Made by a program: the position numbers and the translations under genes. This document shows, piece by piece, positions 6,175 through 11,438 of a stretch of DNA of 11,438 bases. Origin of the DNA: an uncultured Deferribacteres bacterium. Its GTDB lineage: Bacteria; Zhuqueibacterota; Zhuqueibacteria; Zhuqueibacterales; Geothermadaptataceae. The number at the start of each line of letters is the position of its first letter. Within the stretch, counting starts at the first letter, position 1. The notes beneath the pieces were generated by a model. The model saw only the letters and a program-made list of their open reading frames with translations. It had not been told where the DNA came from and ran no database searches. The stretch is from contig CAXHAT010000228.1 in the NCBI GenBank assembly GCA_964014485.1, positions 1 through 11,438 of the forward strand, given 5' to 3'.

Positions 6175-8274
6175 TTATGCGGGAACGGGTTCTTTGTGAT
6201 TGGCTGTTTCCGGAGTCGGTTCCAGAACGGCGAATCCGTTGCCTTCGTCTTCATCAGATTGCTCGGCGGAAGTTTCTGCGTCAAAAACAGCGCCGCCGGA
6301 CTCGTCTTGCGATTCAGGCTCAGTTTTTTCGGATTCGGCCATGACAATTCCGCCCTGGCTTTCTTCCGCTGCCGCCGTTTCAGCATCGGCGCTTTCCTGA
6401 ACGCCTTCTACAAAACCGCCAAACGCTTCATCAGCGCCGTCTTCGGTAATCGCGTCCGCTTCGATGAATTGTTCCGCTTCAACAGCAGCTTCAACTTGGG
6501 TCTTCTCACCGTTTGCCGCGATTTCATCTTCACCAAAAATGCCGCCGTAGCCGTCTTCCGTTTCATTATCAAATGCGGCGTCAAAATCGGCGTCTTGCAG
6601 TTTTGGCGCAGAAGCTGAAACGTCATAGGAAGGTCCGCTGCCGGTATGGATGAATTCATAATCGATCAAGCGCAATCCCTTCTGACCAAGTTGTTGCCAC
6701 TTGGCGCGGAAGTTTTGCCAGGTGACGTTCGCCCAGAGATAGTAGCCGCCGCCGCCGCTCATGAAAACGCCGGAGTAGCGATTCTGACCATTCACGCGGT
6801 GAACATTCATGTCGACCAGGCGCAAACCTTGCCTGCTCCATTCGCGCCATTTGGCGACAAAGCTGCTCCAGGTGACGTTCGCCCACAAGCCGTAGCCGCC
6901 GCGTCCAGGGAGCCAAACGCCGGAGTAGCGATTTCGCCCGTTAACCGTATGGACGTTAATATCGACCAAGCGCAAGCCTCGTCTCGACCATTCGCGCCAC
7001 TTTGCGACGAAACTGCTCCAGGAAGCGTTGACCCAAAGGCCGTAACCGCCGCGCCCCGGCAGCCAAACGCCGGAATAGCGATTCTGGCCGTTGACATGAT
7101 GCACGTTCATGTCCACAAGGCGCAGGCCTCTGCGGCTCCATTCCTGCCATTTCGCATGAAAACTGCTCCAACTGGCGTTTGCCCAAAGACCATAGCCGCC
7201 GCTTCCAGGCATCCAGACGCCGGAGTAGCGCGTACTGCCGAAACGATGATGCACGTTCAAATCGGTAAGCCGCAGGCCTTGCGCCGCCCATTGTTGCCAT
7301 TTGTTTCTAAAACTGCTCCAGGAAGCGTTCACCCAAAGACCGTATCTGCCGTTCGCTTGTTTCCAAACGCCGGTGTGACCTTTTTTGAAGAAGCGCTCAT
7401 ACATTTTGGCGTTCGAAAGGCGGTCGCCGAAGCTGAGTGCGCTCCTTTGGCCAATGGTCACGCCGCTTTGCAAGGGAACGATGGTCGGCTGACCGTTGGT
7501 TGAAAACGCCCACGTCGGGTAGTGCATGATGGAATCGTAGTCATATTCATAATAGTCGGTTGCGCTGAGCCGCTTTTGAAAATTGCTTTCAAAGCCGGGG
7601 GTGATGTTCTGCCAGTTGATGGTAACGTAACTGTCGCGATCCGAGCGTGATTGTTCGTGATAATGGCCGAAAGCATGGCCGATTTCATGAATAACGGTTC
7701 CGGCGCTGGCGGCGTCGGAGACGCGAATCAACTGTCGTCCGCCGCGCATGCCGATGCGTGACGAGCTCCAGTTGGCGTTTGGATTGCGAACGAACTCGAC
7801 ATAGTTCGGGTAAGAAGCGGCGTTGGCGGCGGTTCTTTGAACAAGGCGCATCCCGGTGTTTATCGTCCAATGTTGAATAGCTTGCGTAACGCGGTTTTGG
7901 TTCGGCAAATTGCTGTTAATGACGTAAGGCATCACGCCGTTCGTCCAAAGATATGCCGAATTGCGCGGCAACCCGACGCCTTGCAGGACAACATCGCTGC
8001 TTGAGCCTGCGTCCGCTTCTGCCGGAATCCCGTTGTCAGACGCGCTGGCTTGTTGGCTCGCACGAATGGCGGCGGTTTCCCGTTCAACTTCCTCGGCGGT
8101 TCCCAACTCAACGCACCCTTCACAGAGCGCGATTCCGTTAGAGACCACGTATTCAACGGGCTTGTTGGTAACGCCGGGGCCGGAAAAAAATCCGGTCTTG
8201 ACCTCGACTTTGCTCTCCGGCGCTTCGTTTTCAATTTCGCCGGCTTGAATTGTCTCCTGAAATTTCTTGCTCAT
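6175..8274 (-). CDS. Astacin-family (M12A) zinc metalloprotease with propeptide, five BTRD1/polyglycine-hydrolase-like repeats and an acidic C-terminal tail
   Basis: HEIGHAFGHYHEQSRSDRD (HExxHxxGxxHE..RxDRD) and YDYDSIMHY Met-turn. Repeats read W..F..KW.EW...GLRL.D...RYSGVW. AAGGAG RBS; no signal peptide visible. Confidence 0.92.
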   Translation of the reverse strand: MSKKFQETIQAGEIENEAPESKVEVKTGFFSGPGVTNKPVEYVVSNGIALCEGCVELGTAEEVERETAAIRASQQASASDNGIPAEADAGSSSDVVLQGVGLPRNSAYLWTNGVMPYVINSNLPNQNRVTQAIQHWTINTGMRLVQRTAANAASYPNYVEFVRNPNANWSSSRIGMRGGRQLIRVSDAASAGTVIHEIGHAFGHYHEQSRSDRDSYVTINWQNITPGFESNFQKRLSATDYYEYDYDSIMHYPTWAFSTNGQPTIVPLQSGVTIGQRSALSFGDRLSNAKMYERFFKKGHTGVWKQANGRYGLWVNASWSSFRNKWQQWAAQGLRLTDLNVHHRFGSTRYSGVWMPGSGGYGLWANASWSSFHAKWQEWSRRGLRLVDMNVHHVNGQNRYSGVWLPGRGGYGLWVNASWSSFVAKWREWSRRGLRLVDINVHTVNGRNRYSGVWLPGRGGYGLWANVTWSSFVAKWREWSRQGLRLVDMNVHRVNGQNRYSGVFMSGGGGYYLWANVTWQNFRAKWQQLGQKGLRLIDYEFIHTGSGPSYDVSASAPKLQDADFDAAFDNETEDGYGGIFGEDEIAANGEKTQVEAAVEAEQFIEADAITEDGADEAFGGFVEGVQESADAETAAAEESQGGIVMAESEKTEPESQDESGGAVFDAETSAEQSDEDEGNGFAVLEPTPETANHKEPVPA
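6650..7380 (-). repeat. Intragenic tandem repeat, five units of 150 bp (50 aa)
   Basis: ACGCCGG anchor at 6767, 6917, 7067, 7217 and 7367, an exact 150-nt period. Confidence 0.95.
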
Positions 8275-8321
8275 CGTGAACTCCTTTTTATGCAGGTATT
8301 CATACGCCGCAGAGATTTGCT

Positions 8322-8669
8322 CTAAATTCTGCTTACGAGAACATCCTGCTGTGCGGGTTTTGCAGCCAACCGTTTTAACGAATGAATTGAGGTGGTTAGA
8401 TAATCTCCGGGGGTGAGGTCGCCGTCACCGTTCACGTCAACGTGGACGCGCAGTGATAAATCCGCATCAGGCGCTGAAGGCGGAAAATCGACGGAAGCGT
8501 GGAAAATCGCCGGGTCGCTTTCAACCGAAACATGGTAAAGATGATTTTCCGAGAGCGTTTTTGATGGAGCGCCGGCTTCTGAAATATCCTCGATGTAAAT
8601 GTGTACGTTGGCGTCCGGCAAGTTCGTTTCCAAGTTATCAAAATGAATGGCGACCTCGAGTCGATTCAT
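8322..8669 (-). CDS. YbaY/YscW-like small beta-sandwich protein lacking a lipoprotein signal; first gene of an operon with the astacin
   Basis: LPDANVHIYIEDISEAGAPSKTL resembles YbaY-type LP..A.v.v.l.D.S.ADAPS. It also has LSLRVHVDVNGDGDLTPGDYLTT with a DxNxDG Ca-binding-like loop. GGAG RBS; 47 nt gap to the astacin ATG. Confidence 0.7.
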   Translation of the reverse strand: MNRLEVAIHFDNLETNLPDANVHIYIEDISEAGAPSKTLSENHLYHVSVESDPAIFHASVDFPPSAPDADLSLRVHVDVNGDGDLTPGDYLTTSIHSLKRLAAKPAQQDVLVSRI

Positions 8670-8770
8670 GGTTTAGCTCCGTAGTTTCGAAAATATCGAT
8701 TGGCTTGTTTTTTTGTGCGCTCGGCCGCAGCGCTTATTCTTTCTGACAACGGTGAGTAGCCATTCTCCCA
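8670..8770 (-). promoter_or_regulatory. Shared promoter/leader copy B: TGGGA-N18-GTCA followed by GC hairpin, A-tract and RBS
   Basis: Minus strand has TGGGA (8770-8766), an 18-nt spacer, GTCA (8747-8744), then AATAAGCGCTGCGGCCGAGCGCACAAAAAAACAAGC (8738-8703). It ends 34 nt from the ATG versus 35 nt in copy A. Confidence 0.65.
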
Positions 8771-8954
8771 CCTTAACTATTGTGAGATTGGAAGATGATT
8801 ACAACGCGCTTCCAATCGTTTTGGCTTGATTGCTGTTTAAGACCATCAACGAGGGCGCTTTTCGAATTCAGCGCGTTCTCAAAGCTGAGACGGTAGAAGA
8901 AATGTCGGCCGTGAAATCATCTTCGGAAGGGCTGTTTTAGGGCGGGAGCAGACA

Positions 8955-9009
8955 ATAAATTGGGGAGCGCGCACATCGGCGGCTGTAGTGGGGCGTGACC
9001 TCAATTTAT
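8955..9009. repeat. Imperfect inverted repeat, probably a degenerate REP-type pair
   Basis: ATAAATTGGGG (8955-8965) pairs with CCTCAATTTAT (8999-9009), with weaker inner pairing. Confidence 0.5.
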
Positions 9010-9097
9010 GCTGACCACATTTACAAATTATTGCCCATGGAAACCGAAATATTTTTTTTGAGTAAGCGCAAAAAAACGGCGAAGTTTTAAACTGTGC

Positions 9098-9127
9098 GGC
9101 AGAGACGCAACGGATCACGTCTCCGCC
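9098..9127. repeat. Degenerate GTAGAGACG-type REP hairpin downstream of the CTD fragment gene
   Basis: GGCAGAGACG-N10-CGTCTCCGCC; same AGAGACGC core as 6134-6163. Confidence 0.6.
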
Positions 9128-9139
9128 AATACACTCAAA

Positions 9140-9800
9140 TTACTTCATAAGCAAGAGCTTCTTCTGTGCCGTGAATTTCCGGCCAACTGTGATCGTGTAG
9201 AGATAAAGTCCGCTGGCCACAGGCGCGCCGGAGTCATCCCTTGCATCCCAGGTCACTCGGTGTATACCGGGCGTGTAATCGCCGGAAACCAGCGTGCGCA
9301 CGAGCTGTCCCGCATTGTTGTAGATGTTCAGCGAAACATTGCCTGCTTCGATCAGATCAAACTGAATCGTTGTTGTCGGGTTGAACGGATTCGGATAATT
9401 CTGATGCAGGGCAAACTCCGTCGGCAGACTCTGATCATTGTTCATTGCTGATTGATCATTGAAAGCCGCCGCTTTCGGATTCTGGCAGCGATCCAGGGCG
9501 CTGCAATAGTCTTCCCAGGCTTTTCTGTAATCTTTGATCGCGTCGCCGAAGTAGTCTTCGCCGTATTCCGCGTCGCCGTCCGCGAGATCGTCTTCGACGT
9601 CATCGGCCATTTTGCCCGTCGGATCAGGATCGCATTCGAGCGCTTGTTCCCTTTTCTCCAAAGCAATGTGTCGGGCGAGATCGGCCAGGGTGGAAGCAAT
9701 CGGGTCGGTGCCTTCCATCTCTTCACGGGCTTCTTCGAGGGCCTCGGCGGCGTCGCGCATGGCGTTGAGCATGTCTTCGATTCCGCCCTCTCCTTGCAGC
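9140..9800 (-). pseudogene. Probable 5'-truncated remnant of a secreted protein: helical domain plus FlgD-Ig/T9SS type A sorting-like C-terminal domain
   Basis: LPTEFALHQNYPNPFNPTTTIQFDL...VSLNIYNNAGQLVRTLV...WDARDDSGAPVASGLYLY...KKLLLMK is a typical CTD. No signal peptide is present. The ORF-track start (9856) lies inside the upstream gene's terminator; the next ATG (9772) has no well-spaced RBS. Confidence 0.65.
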
Positions 9801-9820
9801 GAAATTCGGGTGAACTCCCG

Positions 9821-9857
9821 AAAAAAATGAGCCTGACGATGAATCGCCAGGCTCATT
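9821..9857 (-). terminator. Intrinsic terminator of the beta-helix lipoprotein gene
   Basis: Minus strand AATGAGCCTGGCGA-TTCA-TCGTCAGGCTCATT runs into a T7 tract, ~22 nt after the stop codon. Confidence 0.88.
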
Positions 9858-9879
9858 CAGAAACATGAACTTGACAGCA

Positions 9880-10929
9880 CTAAAAACCATACGTCGTGAC
9901 GCAATCATTTTTCTTAAAAACGTTGCCGGAGGTGTATGCGCTATAATTGTAGATATCGTAGTAACCATTGTCGAACGCTTCATTCTTCTTGACCATGTTG
10001 TCGTTGGCGTACCAGTACAAGGCAATGCCGCAATCACCGTTGTTGTTGCAGATATTGTCCGAACCGATGGTGTTGTCTGTAGAATAGAACAGTGCGATGC
10101 CGTCGTCATCATTGTCGTTGCAGACATTGTCCTCAATTTCGTTGCGGTGACTCCAGTACATCCAGATTCCCTCGTCCGTTCTGCTGCCATTGAATTCGTT
10201 GCCCTTAATCTCGTTGTCATCGCAACGGTACATTTTGAGTCCCTCATCTTTGTTTCCAGAAGAGATATTCTCGTCGAGGGTATTGCCATGAGATTTGTAC
10301 ATCTCGATGCCTTCATCATCGGTGCTGACGTCATTGTCTTTGATCAGGCAGCCGGTGGCGTAAAACATATCGATACCGTCACGCTGTCCGGTAATGGTGT
10401 TGTCCTTGATCGTGACGTCCGAAGACTGGTAAATTAAAATTGCGTCGTAGTATCCGTCAATCGTGAAGCCGTCAAGTTGGACGCCGGAAGTGTAGTAGAT
10501 TCCGATGTAGCCGTTTAGAACGGGTGCGCCTTCGCCGGTAATTCTGAGATCCGCGGTCGTCACCGTCACGTACTCGTTATAGACGCCGGATTTCACTTTG
10601 ACCTTGGTGCCGGGAGCGGCGGCATTGACCGCTTCCTGGATGGTGGCGTAGTCATCGGGCACGGTGATTTTGTTGCCGCCGGCAAGGCGGTTCACGGGGG
10701 CTTTTGCCTTTGCGTTCAAACCGGCCAAAATTTCAGCCGCCCGCGCCTCGATTTCGGCGTGCTCCCGTTCAATTTCCGCCAGATCTTCGGCCAGTTCCGC
10801 GTCATTGATTTTTGCAATCGAAAATTGATCGGCGTCATTCGTCCCCGGCTGTGTCGGATTGTGACTCTGGTCGCATCCCCAAAACATGGTCAGCGCCAGA
10901 ACGGTTAGAAAAGCGAATAGTCTTTTCAT
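9880..10929 (-). CDS. Lipoprotein with right-handed parallel beta-helix (NosD/pectin-lyase-like) repeats
   Basis: MKRLFAFLTVLALTMFWG-C lipobox and AGGAGG RBS. ITVPDDYATIQEAVNAA...V.SGVY.E cap motif, then repeated GI.(M/L)Y.S..N.I..N rungs. Confidence 0.88.
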   Translation of the reverse strand: MKRLFAFLTVLALTMFWGCDQSHNPTQPGTNDADQFSIAKINDAELAEDLAEIEREHAEIEARAAEILAGLNAKAKAPVNRLAGGNKITVPDDYATIQEAVNAAAPGTKVKVKSGVYNEYVTVTTADLRITGEGAPVLNGYIGIYYTSGVQLDGFTIDGYYDAILIYQSSDVTIKDNTITGQRDGIDMFYATGCLIKDNDVSTDDEGIEMYKSHGNTLDENISSGNKDEGLKMYRCDDNEIKGNEFNGSRTDEGIWMYWSHRNEIEDNVCNDNDDDGIALFYSTDNTIGSDNICNNNGDCGIALYWYANDNMVKKNEAFDNGYYDIYNYSAYTSGNVFKKNDCVTTYGF

Positions 10930-11007
10930 GATGAACCTCCTGAAAATTTTATGGGGTTATGTGTCTGAACAGCCAATGTCATCAGGATAGGCGCAGCGTG
11001 TTTGAAG

Positions 11008-11371
11008 CTCCCCCTCTTGAAACTAACCTTTACCCATAAGTCTGGGCAAATGTACAGCTCCAAAGGAGCGGGATGGAATAGCGAAGGGCGAAGCCCTGGA
11101 AATCCGAGGCAATTTTGTTTTCACAAAGCCCTGAAAGGGCGAAATAAATCGCCGTCTTGGCTTCGACGCTGCATTATGCCGCCCTTTCAGGGCTTTGAAG
11201 AAGGCGCTGGGCGCTCATTTTCCAGGGCGTTGCCCTTCGCTATTACATTTCGCCCTTTCAGGGCTTTTTTCAAACCACCCAACCCAACTTATGGGTAAGG
11301 GGTAGTTCGAAGGGGGGCGGGGGGATGTTTGAAACTGTTGCATTTTCGCCGACGCCCAAAAACATCCTCCC
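11008..11371. repeat. CCCCCT..GAAGGGGGG / GGGGGATGTT...AACATCC REP-like doublet, interrupted by the MITE-like element
   Basis: Removing the insert rejoins CTCCCCCTCTTGA with AGGGGGGCGGGGGGATGTTT. GGGGGATGTTT pairs with AAACATCCTCCC at ~11360-11371. Confidence 0.5.
11021..11307. mobile_element. 287-bp MITE-like non-coding element with 21-bp terminal inverted repeats and internal GCCCTGAAAGGGC palindromic repeats
   Basis: TIRs AACTAACCTTTACCCATAAGT (11021-11041) and ACTTATGGGTAAGGGGTAGTT (11287-11307) match 19/21. Internal IR pairs at 11077-11102/11219-11244 and 11125-11141/11180-11196, with a further copy at 11251-11267. Confidence 0.7.
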
Positions 11372-11438
11372 AACCCGGACAAGCCGGAACCAATCAGAAG
11401 CGATCATTCAATCTCATGACTTAACGCAGAGATGCAAA

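Noticed and set aside
6650..7380. CRISPR array or non-coding repeat
   Set aside because: The 150-bp units are in frame within the protease ORF and have no unique spacers.
6646..7503. 285-aa + strand ORF and other long antisense or alternate-frame ORFs (e.g. 25..435, 565..990, 9723..10334, 9865..10437)
   Set aside because: They are shadows of well-supported genes and have no recognisable motifs.
8830..8940. Possible fourth lhr tail after leader B (short + strand frame at the analogous distance)
   Set aside because: The translation (LLFKTINEGAFRIQ...) shows no SSIDN/GFEKK/SAV similarity.
9140..10929. Frameshifted single gene joining the beta-helix lipoprotein and the CTD fragment
   Set aside because: The beta-helix gene ends in a clean stop followed by a strong intrinsic terminator, and a lipoprotein does not need this CTD.
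11002..11298. 98-aa ORF
   Set aside because: It coincides with the palindromic MITE-like element; the peptide (ALKGRN, PPFQG, RPFRA) is translated repeat sequence.

Overview
Bacterial (probably metagenomic) contig end. The first 45 nt are untrimmed Illumina Nextera adapter. It is followed by the 5'-truncated C-terminal part of an Lhr-family helicase gene and a run of accessory genes: a secreted PQQ-type beta-propeller/Fes-like esterase fusion (+), a coiled-coil/2TM/Ig/CARDB/DUF5648-like protein (-), an astacin (M12A) protease with five 50-aa repeats plus an upstream YbaY-like partner (-), an orphan fragment with a FlgD-Ig/T9SS-type C-terminal domain (-) and a beta-helix lipoprotein (-). The window ends in nested REP/MITE-like palindromes. 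The FlgD-Ig-type tail suggests an FCB-associated lineage such as KSB1 or Calditrichota (inference only). The most notable signal is hidden modularity. The last ~40 codons of lhr recur twice more (3914-4039, 5980-6105) as indel-free, ~80-83% identical, still-open copies, each followed by a REP-like hairpin. Two unrelated minus-strand cargo units also share a TGGGA-N18-GTCA promoter-like motif and a conserved hairpin leader 34-35 nt from their ATG. This reads as an integrase-less tandem cassette array ([lhr tail + hairpin]-cargo-[shared promoter/leader]) at the lhr 3' end. All family assignments come from motif recognition by eye, not from database searches.
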